Assembly: GCA_028534125.1 (NCBI GenBank)
Contig: CM052816.1
Location: 47,432,001 to 47,496,000, forward strand
DNA: 64,000 bases
Direction: 5' to 3'
From: Lama glama
Lineage: Eukaryota
Position numbers and translations under genes: made by a program. Under the pieces are notes generated by a model. It did not search any database and was not told where the DNA came from. It saw nothing but the letters and a program-made list of their open reading frames with translations. This document shows, piece after piece, positions 23,521 through 36,699 of the stretch; within the stretch, counting starts at the first letter, position 1; each line of letters begins with the position of its first letter.

Positions 23521-26500
23521 GAGACTAAAATGATCCTTTCTTTTTCCTTCCTTTCATTCACTAGTCACTCTGGCAATCTGATTTCACAACTCTTGGTACT
23601 CCACTCACCATTTAGGTTCCCTCTGTGGAAAAAGAACTTGGGTATTTCTCCTCCCTCAAGTTCACAGCATAAGGAAACTGTCATTAAAATGGAAGGAAAA
23701 GGAAAAATACCATATTATCTTCTTTCAAGCAACACAAAATATACTAAATATTAATGTACTGTGGGGTCAATCATTTACTCTAAAATGGTTTTCTGAAATT
23801 GGGCTGCTCTTTCTTTCCATATTGAAATTTTGTGATATGTGCAAAGGGAACATTCCATGCAAATACGAGTTCAAGAGACAATCACCATGTTTATGAGAAA
23901 TTGGTGTCAAAATGGAACTTGAAGAAGTAATTTGTATAAACCTGGCAAATAATTGTCAGGTAAGAGTGATCTCAGCTTTTTTTGGGGGGGGGGTTTAATG
24001 GGTCTAACAAAAGTTTATATTGAATTGAGTTTATGCAGATGGACTTCTGCAAATATCTTTATATACACTAAACAGTCAATTTTAGCTTTGAGGGTCTGAC
24101 CATAATAAATGCTTTTATTATAGAAGGCTTTATAATATTTAAAAAGTTATATTGGATATACTTTGCTGGGATATTAAGATTATAAGCTGAAATTTATATT
24201 TTGGAATAAAATATGCAAATCTTGTTTCTGATTATCTATGCTAATTGAGAGGTTTACTTGAAAAGAGTGCGTGGCTGACAAACGGTTTATGTTTGGTTGG
24301 TAGAGTCTATTTTTTTCATCAGATATATCTTTTTCTTTTCTGCCTTCTCCTTCCCTGTTTAGGCAATTCTCTTAGAAAAATGTCAGCAAGCCTAATTTCC
24401 ACCTCTGTATCAAATTATTCAAGGATGATCACATGTTTAATAATGATAAAAGTGACACCAGATTTCAAAAAGTTGCTCTTGGTATTGGTATTTGCTGTTT
24501 AATTTTTTCTTCCCAGAGAAGAAATCATGAATGATACAGTATTTGGGGTAAAGAACCTCTACCCTCAAGTGTTAGGAGAATTTTATCCCTTGGGAAACCT
24601 CTCCCAAACAATTCATCTTGACCAATATCTGAGTTGCTTGTGATTTAAGAGGAAGACCCTATTTTATACATCTGTGTATATCTGGTCTTTTAGAAATAGT
24701 AAATATTCAATAAATGTGGTTGGACACAGGAGATAGTCATGCATGTGAAAAACACACCTATTTGTGCTGTTAAATAGGAAGTAGGGTGTCAAAGCGCATC
24801 TGATATTTAAATACCAGCCTTGTACATTAGTCAGAGCTATAAATTCTGAGCTTTTAAAGTGTGACTGTTAGAGAGTGGAGGCCACAACTCACACCTCTTC
24901 TCACGTTCTTCAAACTTCTATTCCCCAAAGACTGAGTTGCAGAGTGTCACTGACCCTGTGTTTCTTCTTCACACATTTTTTATCTGCTCCTCTGTCACTA
25001 TACTTAGGGGTGTACATATGAGTGTGTAGGTGGCCGGGGTGTGTGGATAGGTGGGTAACTGGATGAGGAATCCTTTCCTCCTAAGGTTGACTGAGCTTGG
25101 GAGTTATGTTGGTGAGTGTACATCAGTTCATCTGATATTCACAGAATGCAACAGCATCTTGGGGGTCAGCTTGCTCTCTTCCCTTGTGAGCTCACAAAAA
25201 GGACACCTCACATTTCCTAGAGGCTGCATTTGGAACCAGCATTAACTCCTTAGTCTGCATTAATGTTTCAAGTGTTTGGCCTTTGAGGTTTTACACTTCA
25301 AGGGTTGCTACTGGATGTTGTTTGCCTTCATGACACTAGTAATACCCCCATGGTTAAAGTGGTATATTGTAAGTGATAGGCAGAGTCACAGTATAAGGTG
25401 TGCAGTACCTAAGTCACTATCAGAGATTTCCCAGCTTTACAGATCCTTGCAAGTTTACATATTGAAGTTTTCGTGAATGAAGAGAGTCAGTTTCAGTATT
25501 ACTTTGTATTTCCTAAAAATACATCAGTCACACTGGGGAAAGGAAGGCAGACAATGGCCATAGAAGGCTTCAGTGTTCATCTCCTATCTGTCATAATGTG
25601 GATAATGCAGATACACGATCAGCAGGTGACCAACAGTGTGGCTCCTTCTCAGCCACAAATACGGAAACGTTTTACAAAGCAAGGTCAAGAGTATGGCGAT
25701 TTGGCACTTGGCACTGTTTTCATAACAGAATATAAATGGTCCTTAAGAATAAATGAAATCAAGAATGTACCTCAATTTGTCAATAAGCACACTACCAGTG
25801 GAAAAAAGATTACGTAAGGAATGAAACATAAATGAGATTCTAGCATTTTAACTTTGGTGGAAAATTTTGAAATTCACTTCTAAAATTCTAAAACTGAATG
25901 CAAAGTTGCCTGACGAAATGATTAGTTACATTAGATTATATTAGAGATATACCAGGAAATATTCTGATGCTGGGGACTGGATCAAAACCAGCATTTCTAA
26001 CCTGACGTTTTACAGGTATTTTTGTCTTCTTTTCTGAAAGAACATTGCACTTCTTCTCCTCTTTCAAATATTTGTTATGACAGTAATCCCCATTCAAATG
26101 AATAGAGATCTTTCTCATTCACTTGGATCAAAACCAGTATTGAAACATTTTTAGACTAACTCTTTTGCACATTTCTTTTAGACTAGAGATTGAGGAAAGA
26201 AGCATGAAAATTGTATACTTTTATTTTTTATTCAGAACTATCTTGAAAGACTTCAAATACTTTTTTTTTCCTTCACATAATGGCAGCTGGACTAACAGCC
26301 CATATGCCAAGTTAAAATCTGAAGCAATTTGAGATGACTGAGATTTTAAACGTCAAAAACGACTGTTTATTATGGAAACTCAGGCATGATAGTCCTTGAT
26401 GGAAATTTAGTCACCATAGTGAGGTGGATGGTGATGTTGCAATAAGGAACTGTAATTAAATTGTCTATATCAGGAAGAGAGTTGACTAATCATTCCTAAG

Positions 26501-27529
26501 GAGGCTTATGCGCTTTCACTTTTTAAATTAATTCTTTCCTTAATCATTCTTAGGGATTTTATTCCCAGCTATAACTTTGTGCTGATCAAACCTGCTTCTG
26601 ATTTCTCTTAATTACTAATGCCGTAAAGATGTTGCATCTTTTCCCAGCTCGCTTACAGCCGACTTTCAAATCAATTTAGGCATCTCAAAAGCATTTCTAA
26701 AATACCAGATGCTCTGTCAGCTGCACAGAACAATGCGCTAATAATTATATTTCTCTTTCTTACAGCAGATCAAAGTTAGAGATGGGGTGACATACACCTA
26801 AGATATTCAAACTCTGGCTTGAAGGTCAATTGGATCTGCCGACATATGTTGCTGATTTTGTAACATGAAAGCCAGCTAAAAACAACAGATCAGTGAAATG
26901 CATGTACACCGTAGTCTTAATTTCAGCCCTATCCAAATGTTTACAGAACAGTTTGAACAGATTTGCAGTTTCTTGTTATCAGCCTTATTCAAGTTTGGCA
27001 AACCTTTAATAACAAGTCTATCAACAACCTACCGGGAATTTGATTTTAGTCTTAGAGCGCTCGAATTTTTTTGTTGATTGAACAAGTTTTAATTGGATGC
27101 ACCAAGACCTTTCCTGATCAGTTGCCCACACTGCCTCATGGAAGCGTGGTATGCGTGCTCAGCTTGAAAAGGCAATGGTAGCTGGGCAAAAATAGCACTG
27201 TGAAAGCCGGGGAGAGGGCAAGCAGACAGGCAGCAAGATTGCCCTCCGCGGTGCTGTAATGTGGGTGCTTTAAGCCATACCGAAAAAGTAAACCCGACGA
27301 ATCACTACATGGCACTTGTGTTATGGTTCCATGGCTGAACTTAAAACATTGGAACCAGGATACAAGTGCCATTCCAAAGCCAGAGGACATCAGCTAAACC
27401 AGAACTGTGGGTCAGATTCACGTCTGTCAGCTACACAGCACGCTGAAAACGGCACTTCAGGAAAAGAGAGAAAAAAATAACAAGGCAGTCAGTTTGACCC
27501 ACCAGTGCCAGATTAATTTGACCGTATTA

Positions 27530-28440
27530 GACAAGTGTCAAAACCTTCAAGGATTTCCCTCTGCTCTAGGAGTCAGATACCAACTCCTACGTTTGCGTGT
27601 TAATGCCCCTCTGCTATAACCCTGCCCTGTGTGTTCCATTCTACATGAGAGTCCGGGTTCTGAAGCCAGGCTCTCTGGGCTCGGATTCCAGCTCCATCAC
27701 TTACCAAGCTGGGTCACTTCTCACAGGTTACTTAACCTCTGTTTTGTCCTCTCTGAAATGGGAGTTAAAGTACGGTCGATACTCTGTGCTCATTATGAAC
27801 ATTGAATGAGTCAATATGTGAACGTTCTTAAAACCGTGCCTGGTCTCTGGTGAGAAGAGTTCTGTGTAACTGCTTCAGTAAGTGAAGGGTGTCCCACCAT
27901 ACTACAGTGAGGTCCTGTTTCTTCCCCTCTCTGACTCTCTCCTCGCGCTCTTCTACTCCCTTAAAATTCGTGATAAGTTCGGAAGTGGAAGTAGTTAAGA
28001 ACCAGAAAGCTAACTAGCATGGAAATCACCGGGGAAGGGATTAGACCGTCCTTTCAGAATGGTCTGCTCAGAACTCCCCCAGCCCTTCATCCTCTACACG
28101 TTTGCTTACTCGATTCTCCTTCACTGTGTGCCTTTCCCTCCCTGTTTACTCAAATCCTACTTAGCTTTCAATGTCAAGATCAAGTTCTCTGTAATACCTT
28201 TCTAGAATGCTTTCGGCTTACCTGTTGCTAGTGTTGTTGTTTTTAATGAACTCCATCTCTTATTGTGTTTGCCATTTCGGGGGTCCTTAATGATACACTG
28301 TTTTGTGAATTAATATTTGCTGTACATTGATCATGTTTCCCCGAATATATGGACATCTTATCAAGGACAGGGGCAGATGCTTCTTTTATGTTTCCTGTGG
28401 AACTGACCTAACTTAAGTGCTCAATAAATTCTATTGAATA
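27530..28440 (+). mobile_element. Fragmented L2 interrupted by a MIR
   Basis: aaaaccttcaaggatttccctctgctctagg; caaatcctacttagctttcaatgtcaa; ends aagtgctcaataaattctattgaat. Confidence 0.6.
27645..27850 (+). mobile_element. MIR SINE
   Basis: ctgggctcggattccagctccatcacttaccaagctgggtcac...ggttacttaacctctg...tgaaatggg. Confidence 0.85.
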
Positions 28441-29034
28441 TAATTTAATAGAGTCAGTTAATGTCTTTTCTTTTAGTTCTCTCTACGAAACTAGTCATAG
28501 GAGCTCAAAAGAAAAGGTTAACAGAAAGTAATAAGATACTGAAAAATATCAGGGGTTAGAAACAAAAACTATAAATGCCAAAGCCAAGGTAGATTTTCAT
28601 GAGCTGAAATGAAAAAGATGGGCTTTCCTCGGAGTCATTTTCCGACTTCCTTCATATATTTAAAATCTATTTATAAGTAAGGAAACTTGACACACGGAAT
28701 GAGTTAAGACAGAATTAGTGCTAGAACTTCTGTTTCCTGGTGTTCGGACTAGAGCATCATACATCTACCACACCATGGATTATCTTGATATCTGCAAAGT
28801 TCCTCCCTTCTTTTTGGTGCTACCTTTCCCATTTCTTCAACGGGATTGACATTGTATCTCAGTGCCCAGATCTACACAAAATAATTACTTGTCAACTTAA
28901 TGAATGAATAACCTCCCTGTCTCAATATCTGTACCCTTTAAGTGCATTCCAGATTAATTGTTGCTTTAAAACCATGTTTTCATCTCATCACTCTCATACT
29001 GGAAAACCTTCAGTGCCTTTCAGTTATTTACAAA

Positions 29035-29345
29035 AGTGATTGCTAGTTCTGACTTCATTTTGGAATCACCTGGGGAGTTTTAGCATGTCCTAGGCCCAGA
29101 CTTACCCAGACCAAATGAAACAGACTCTGCAGGGCAGCCCCAAGCATTTAGGGGTGATCATCAAAGAATCTGGCAAGTAGCATGGCAGAATACCAACCAA
29201 AGCAGAGTTGCTTTGCTGACAAATCAGCATGGACGCTGGCAACAAAAAGACAGACTCGCCCTAAATACCAGCTAATTATCAGCTCTGCCAGCATCCGTAT
29301 TTTTTAAGATCTCAAGTAAGTCATGCTAATGAATCACTAATTTAT
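29035..29345. mobile_element. MER5A-like hAT-Charlie MITE split by a 139-bp insertion (29149-29287)
   Basis: ttggaatcacctggggagtttta...cccagaccaaatgaaacagactctg on the left; cagcatccgtattttttaaga on the right. Confidence 0.6.
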
Positions 29346-30587
29346 AAATAAATTCTATATTCTTGACCCTGAAAATCAAGCCTCTTTATAACATAGCCAC
29401 ATCTCCTTTAAGAACATTATTGCCTCTAGCCTTTATATGAAAAATCTGCTTTAGTTGGATGCTCGTATCTGCTGAACACACCTTGCTCCCTGACGTTAAG
29501 TTGCTTTTACTTACCGAGTGGGTTACCTGTGGTAGGGTGCAACATTGCCTTACTTTATTTTAATGGGTAATAGAACAAAATAATGTAGAACATTAACCCT
29601 CTCAACCAATCACATAGCAATTTACAGTGTGAACTTTTAAGGACATCTATGTTTGTCTACCAATGATGGCATTGAATTCCAATGAAAAATGAAAAATTGT
29701 AATTCTGGAATAAAGGGGAGCAGACCTGTGATTTTCGGGTCTTGTCTATAGAGGAAGGAAATTGCTGAGGCAAAGAGAGTGGACATATATGTCTATTAAA
29801 CACTCTGCTTCTGATCTCTTTAAAAGGACTGGGTTTGTGAATTTCTAACTTTCTTTCATGAAGTTATAGCTCCTTCTTTTAGATAAAATGTGAACATGTT
29901 GATCAAAAAGTAAAGTGGGTTGAAAAAAGACTAATCTCCAAGAGTAATGGAAAGTAATTCCGTTATTCCTACTCCATGGAATTCTTTCCCCTCATAGCAT
30001 TTCTGGTGTCCTTGGCCACTTCTCATAGCCAGCATCCACAACAAAAATGCTCAGAAGTGAAGGATATGATTTAGGGACCAAAAAGATTTTATCTGACATA
30101 TGTCTCATTCACAGGAGGACACAGAGGACACATAGAGGGCACTGACAGAGGAATGACTAATTCTTATCAGCTGAACTATGGCCACATGAGCCTTAATTCC
30201 CACGTTTAAGCAAGCGGAAACTGTAGACCACTGATTACATCACACCTCGTCTCAGAAACTTGTTTCAGGCTGTATTTGTGTCTTGAGCATTTCTGCAAAT
30301 TCAGAGGCCTGTTAAGAGGATGCAGTGACTTTATGGTGTTTTACACCAACACCAGAAAATGGAGTTGGTGTAAATGGAGTGGAATCTTTAATTAACTCTT
30401 AAAAATTCTTAATTAAACTCTGTTGAGTGGGATACTCACAAATAAATATTTGACTCCAAGGTGCTCTTTGAAGCTCTCTCTTTCCATATTGCATTCAAAG
30501 TCTTTTGGTAGTCAATTGTATTTATGTTATTATTAAGTTTGGAGATTAGGTCTAAAAGTTTCCAAAACACAGAACTACAGTGGGTAA

Positions 30588-31086
30588 TATGGTAAGCAGA
30601 ATAATGGTCCCCCACAAGGATGACCTGTAAATCTCTTATGTTACATGGCGAAAAGACTTTGCAGATGTGATTAAAGGCAAAAGGACTTAGAGAGATGGGT
30701 CGATTATGGATAGGTGGGTTATATGTGTGGGACTAGTCTAATCACATAAATCCTTAAGAGGAGAGAATCTTTCTTGGCTATGGTTAGAGAAAGAGAATAT
30801 GAAGATGGAAGGAGGGTCAAAAAGATGCTATATTGCTGGCTTTGAAGATGGAGGAAGGGGACCATGGGCCAAAGAATTTGGATAGCCTTAAGAATCTATA
30901 AAAGACAAGAAAACAGACTTCACCCTAGAACCTACAAAGGAAAATTCAGCTTTGCCCACAAAATTGATTCTAGCCTGCTGAGAACTGTGACAGCTTCTGA
31001 CCTACAGAACTAAAGGATAATACAATTCTGTTTGGTGAAGCCACTGGTTTATGGTCATTTGTTACGGCAGCTTTAGCAATCTAACA
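30588..31086 (+). mobile_element. MLT1D-like MaLR solo LTR, near full length
   Basis: Starts tatggtaagcagaataatggtccc; contains gactttgcagatgtgattaa and gctggctttgaagatggaggaagggg; ends atttgttacggcagc...ctaaca. Confidence 0.9.
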
Positions 31087-31283
31087 GAAGATCTTGCATG
31101 GCCATTTTTCTTCAATAGAGAACAAGCAGGGAGGACCCAAAACATATAGACCATTCTCAAAGCATTTACTAAGAATATTTGGCAAGAAACCTAGAGGCCA
31201 TCATTTTTGTTTTTTCAGACTTCCTAATTATTATGTAATGTAATTGTAATTTCCATCCATTTATTAGGCTGGCTATTACATAA

Positions 31284-32192
31284 TTTTCTTTTTTAAAAAC
31301 AGCTTTATTGAAATATAATTCACAGATAATTCACCCATGAGCAATTCATTGTTTTTTAGTATATTCAGACAGTTGGGCAACCATCATGACAATCTAATTT
31401 CAGAACATTTTTTGACCTCCTGAAAGAAATCCCAGACCCATTAGTAGTCAGTCCCCAATCTCTCACCCCCAGGCCTAAACAATCACAAATCTCCTTTCTG
31501 TCTGGATAAATTTGCATATACTGGACATTTCATATAAATGAAATTCTACAATAGGTAGCCTTTTGAATCTGGCTTCTTTGATGTAGCATGTTTTCAAAGT
31601 TCAATCATGTTGCAGCAGGTGTCAGGACTTCATTTGTTGTTGCTGAATAATATTCCACTATATGGCTCTACCATATTTGTTTGTTCATTCAACAGTTGAT
31701 GAAAATTTGAGTTGTTTCCACTTCTTAGTTATCATGAGTAATGCTGCTATGAATGCCTTTGTATGAATTTTTGTACCAACATATGTTTTCGTTTCTCTTG
31801 GGTATAAAGCTAAGAGTAGAACTGGTGGGCTGTATGATAACTCTATGTTTAGTGTTCTGAGAAACTGTCAAATTGTTTTCCAAAGTGACTGCATCATCCT
31901 GCATTCTTAATAGTAATGTAGTTCAAATTTTCCAATTGTACTAGTAACTAGTAACTATTACAAGTCTTCCAATTTCTCTACATTCTCATTAGAACTTGTT
32001 ACTGTCTCTCTATTTGATCATAGCAATTTTAGTGGGTATGAAGTGATATTTCATTGTGGTTTTCATTTGTAATTCCCAATAATTAATGATGTTGAGTATC
32101 TTTTTATGTGCTTACTGACCACTTGCAAGTCTTCCTTGGAAATGGTCAAAGTCTGTTCAGATCTTTTGTTCACTTTTCAACTGGGTTGTCTT
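31284..32192 (-). mobile_element. L1MB-like 3' end including the ORF2 C-terminal region
   Basis: aacagctttattgaaatataattcaca...ggacatttcatataaatg...gtatgaagtgatatttcattgtggtttt. Confidence 0.9.
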
Positions 32193-33015
32193 TTTAAAAA
32201 ATATATAGATATTCTTTTAGAGCAGTAAGTATTAGGTTCACAGCATCATTGAGGAGAAGATACAGATTCACCATATACTGCCACCCCCATATATGCATAG
32301 CTTTCCCTGTTATCATCATCTCCACCAGAGTCATACCTTTGTTATAATTGATGAAACAACATTTACACATTATAATCATCTGAAGTCCATAGTACAGTTT
32401 ATCTTGCAGTTCAGTCTTGGTGGTGTACATTCTGTGGGTTTGGACAAATGTGTCCATCTTTATGGTAGCACTCAAAATAGTTTCACTGCCCTAAAGAGCC
32501 TCTGTGCTCCCCCTATTCGTCTCAATCCCTCTCCTCTCCCCTGGCAACCACTGATCTTTTTATTGTCTCAGTAGTTTTGCCTTTTCCAGAAAGTCATATA
32601 GTTGGAATCACACAGTATGTAGCATTTTCCAGTGGGCTCTTTCACTTAGTAATATGCTTTTACATTTCCTCCATATCTTTTCATGGCTTGATAGCTTCTT
32701 TTTAGCACTGAGCAATAGTCTGTTGTCTGGAAGTACCACAGTGTGTTTATCCACCTACTGAAGGACATCTTAGTTGCTTCCAAGTTTTGACAATCATGAA
32801 TAAAGCTGCAATAAACATCTGTGTGCAGGTTTTTGTGTGGACAAAAGTTTTCAGCTCTTTTGGGTAAGTCCCAAGGAGCCCAATTACTGGATCATATGGC
32901 AGAAAACTCTGTTTAGTTTCCTGAGAAACCGACACTGTTTTCCAAAGGGATGGTACTATTTTGCTTTCTCATCAGCGATGAATGAGACTTCATGTTGCTG
33001 CACATCTTGGCCACC
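32193..33015 (-). mobile_element. L1MC1/2-like 3' end with a decayed ORF2 C-terminal remnant
   Basis: ORF 32747-32935 reads LPYDPVIGLLGTYPKELKTFVHTKTCTQMFIAALFMIVKTWKQLRCPS, homologous to the L1 ORF2p C-terminus. Confidence 0.92.
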
Positions 33016-33029
33016 GGCACTTCACAGTA

Positions 33030-33394
33030 TGGGTGCTCAAGTCAGAGAAGACCAGTGAGATGTTAGTGGAAGTCTTTTTGGAGAGAGGTTTCTGTGGTAC
33101 CTTGGGCTTTCCATTTGCTCCTTTCCCCTCTTTCTGCCCGTTACATGCTTGTGGCACCTGAATACAGCAGTCACATTGCAATCATGCATTGATTAGCACA
33201 ACAATGATATGCTGAGGATGGCAGAGTGGGACAGAGACAACTTGGGTTAGTGTCAAGTCAGTGTGAAGCAGCTACCCCAGCCTAGTGCTGTCTAACTTTG
33301 GATTTCTTTTTATTTAAGAAAAATAGACCTTCGTTTATTTAAGTCAGAATAGTCAGATTTTCTATTTGTGACGGAGTGCATTCCTGATCGATGC
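33030..33394 (+). mobile_element. MLT1I/J-like MaLR LTR (3' part)
   Basis: gcagtcacattgcaatcatg...gctgaggatggcagagtgg...ttatttaagtca...gcattcctgatcgatgca. Confidence 0.7.
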
Positions 33395-33689
33395 AGTAGG
33401 GAATGCCAACAAGCAAAGCTAGTCTTCACTCTTTTTGATTTGAGTGTTGGCAATAAGATTTACTAAACACATACCTCAAATTCAATTCTACATTTACTAA
33501 ATATTGCAGAACCAAGAATTTTGAGGGTCAGGACCCAGTCTAGACCCACTTACTGAGTCAGGGAATAAACTTGTCAGACCCAGTTTGGTGTGCAAGATCT
33601 GAGAATTTAAAGAAAAGCATGGATTATCTCTTCAGGAAAGCACGTATTACCTAGGAGAATACAGAAGAAGGAAGGTCACAGATGATGAA

Positions 33690-33910
33690 AATTAGTATTT
33701 ATTGAATCTTTGGATTAGTCAGTGAATATAATAAACACATTTTACTCTCAGAACAATTTGTAAATGTTCTTACCCTATTTTACATGGGAGGAAATTGAGG
33801 CTCAGAGAAGATAAGATATTCACCCAGATTCAGAGTCAGCAAATGCTAGAATGAGATTAACATCCAAGTTTGTTTTTGTGCTGAGTTATTAATTCCACCA
33901 TCCTGAACTG
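33690..33910 (-). mobile_element. MIR SINE
   Basis: cctattttacatgggaggaaattgaggctcagagaagataag. Confidence 0.8.
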
Positions 33911-34157
33911 CCCTGGAAATGCAGAAGCTAGTAGTTAATATCGAAGAAGTCTGTCAGTAGGAAGTATGGCTCTAGCTACCAGAATGGTGACGTTGGTGTC
34001 GGATAAGGTCCAAGGCCCAGGGAAAGTAACTGGCAAGGTCAAGGCATAGACTGCCTCACAGGGATCATCTTCCTAAACAGTGTATAAGGAAAGGACTCAG
34101 AGGCCAAGAGGACATATAGCCCCTGTTATCCCAGACCCAGATCTCCAGATAAGAAAA

Positions 34158-34860
34158 TTCAATTCAAATCAACTAATACTTTGAGCACTTGCTAGGTACG
34201 CAGCACCATTCAGTGCATTAGGGATGTAACAATACACAAGTCCCTCTTCATGCCCTCAGGGAGTTCCTAGTCTGCTAGAGATGCAGGAGAGTTGACAGAC
34301 AGTTGCAATGCTGGGTAATACCTCTTTGGAGAAGATGAAAGTAGAATAGACTGTTATGGGAGAACATACGGTATCGAATTCAGTCATAGGAAGTCAGAGA
34401 GGGCTTCCTGGAGGAGGTGAGGTTCAAGCTGAGAACAGAAAAAGAAGGTGGGACCAGACAAGTTGGGAGGAGAAAAGGACGTTTAGGCAGAGTAAACAGC
34501 AAGTCCAGGGGTCCTGAGGCAAAGAGAACATGGTGTGTTCAGGAAGCTGCAAAATTCTGAGTCCAACTGAAGCCGAAAGCATGAGGATGGAGTGGTGAGA
34601 GATCAGGAGAGTTAAATACACAGAGGTTATAGGAAGAAACACTGGCTTGGCATGATAAGATTTGGTCTTTATACTGTGGGCAATGGGGAATCATTAGTGG
34701 GTTTCTAAAAAATGGAGTGATATGACTTTAGTTTTAGTTGAAAGTATTGCTTTCTTTAGAAGGCAAAGAACATATTAGAGAGAGGCAGAGCTGGGAGCCG
34801 GAGGACCAGTTTGGAGGCAAGATGATAGGCAGCACTTGAAGTGGAGATGGTTACAAGGGA
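34158..34860 (-). mobile_element. L2 3' fragment (further L2 remnants at ~35380-35790)
   Basis: attcaattcaa...tttgagcacttgctaggtacgcagcacc...tgccctcagggagttcctagtct...gggcttcctggaggaggtga. Confidence 0.85.
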
Positions 34861-35859
34861 GAAGGACAGATTGGATTGACATCTCGCTCTCCTAATGAAG
34901 TAGGTTAGCTGGACTCAGTGAATAAAGAGGCACAGAGTTTGTGGCCAACTTTAATTTGCCAAAGAAGGGCATTTGGCACTTTTTTTTTTCCTGTTAATAT
35001 CAGAGAAAACAGCCTCTTTCAACTGTGTTGGAAAAGAGCCTACAGTAAGGAGTAGAAACAACAAATAGAGAAAAGTCCTTGAGGAGAAAGAAGGAAGAAG
35101 GTGTTAAGAATTCGAATGAAGATGCTAGCTCTCTTTATCCTGAGATGCGGGCAGCATTTCCTGCCTGGCAGATGCAGATGGAGTTCACATCTGAGAATTA
35201 GCACGACCAGACTCCTGACTCCAGGCCCTGGGGAAGGGATTGGCAGGTGTGGGAGGAGGAGATGACTCTGCCACCTTCACTAGAACATTACTTGAGGACT
35301 TGGCCACTTATTTGTGCTCATGCTGCTGGAGTTCTTGCTTGGAAATTTCTACTGTCTTGTTAAGAAGATATTCTAAGAGCAACGAGGAAGAATTAAGGAA
35401 AGTGGAGATGGTTTGAATAATCACAAAAAGCATAAAAGAAAGCATTGACTAAGAGAATAAAAAGATCAGGCGGCATCGTTAGGGTCCCCATTTGTTGGAA
35501 ATGATAATTTTTTTTTTTTGTGGCACAGTCTTTGCCATTGTGTGGCTCTCCCCATGAGCACTTGGTTGCCTCAGTGTGAGGGCAGGAGGGCTAACAACTA
35601 GATCCAAGGTCAGGATTTTAGCCAGCAGAGGATTGACAGGGCAATGCAAGCTGTGATCAGAGAGTGGGGATGTTAGAACCTAAAACTTCAGAGCTCTGTC
35701 TCTTCCAGATATTGACAGGAGTGAGTGTACAGGAAAGCCGATGAGGTGAGGTGGAGGTGAAGACCTTTGGCGATGAGGAGGTCAAATTTTGACAGCTGCA
35801 TGGAAAATGCGTCACATACCGAGGGTACTGTCTAGATGAACACGTTGGCTGACACTCTG

Positions 35860-36230
35860 TTTTACATCAGTTAGAATTAACAACATTCCAAGAAGAAAGT
35901 ACTTTTATTCCAATTTTCAGATGAATAAATTGAATCTTGGAAAGTTTGAGTAACTTACATAAAACCAAGGAGATATTAACAGTAATAATAACGAACATTT
36001 TATAGCAATTGACTATGTATCAGGCATTGCTCTAAGTGCTTTATATTCTAAGCCCTGAGGAGTCAGAAAATTTTATTACTGTCATCATGTTAGAGAGAGG
36101 GCACAGGAAGTTTCAGTAACTAAGGTCACATGGCTACTAAGTGGCCGAAGCTTGGACTTAAAGGAAGTGTCAGAAACAGGCTATGAATGAAAGTCAATGT
36201 TACTCCAAAACTCATGTTTTAGCCACATCT
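35860..36230 (-). mobile_element. Two adjacent or nested MIR fragments
   Basis: ccaattttcagatgaataaattga; actatgtatcaggcattgctctaagtgcttta...aaggtcacatggctactaagtggc. Confidence 0.75.
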
Positions 36231-36680
36231 ATTTATGGTATTTCTCTATTAGCATCTATTTATCTATTTAGAGTGTTTTTCATTCAAGAAAGTCTATGGA
36301 AAAAAAATTTTCCAAGAATACTAATAAGATTTTAATCTGTACAATATTAAAATTTTAAGCATAAAAAATAGATGAAATGGAACTAAAATTCACATTGCAA
36401 AAACTACAAAACAGAATACTTGAGGCTAATACAGGTTGAAGGAAAAAAAGGCAGAAATAGGAGGGAAAATGAGACAAAAGTCAGAAATCATTGGAGGGGT
36501 CTCTGCTAATTTTTCCTATCTATGAAGTGGAAGAGATTTTTCCTACTGAAAAAGGTGAGATTTGGGTTCCTCACAGGCATGGTTGCATTGTTTTAGGCCA
36601 ACAGTTAAAGTGCAAAGGATTTTGCATGAAAGCCTTCACAACCTTTGGCAGCTACTCCTATTACTAGTTACCCGAACCCC

Positions 36681-36699
36681 TGGGCAGGAGGGGGCGCTG
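36681..36699 (+). promoter_or_regulatory. CTCF core motif
   Basis: tgggcaggagggggcgctg versus consensus TGGCCACCAGGGGGCGCTA; the AGGGGGCGC core is intact, in non-repeat DNA, with the CpG retained. Confidence 0.55.

Noticed and set aside
26745..26800. NAGNAG acceptor (ttacagcag) as a coding exon
   Set aside because: All three frames stop within ~35 nt and there is no good donor; better explained as part of a non-coding element
32747..32935. ORF with real protein homology
   Set aside because: Decayed L1 ORF2 C-terminus inside a truncated L1MC, not a host gene
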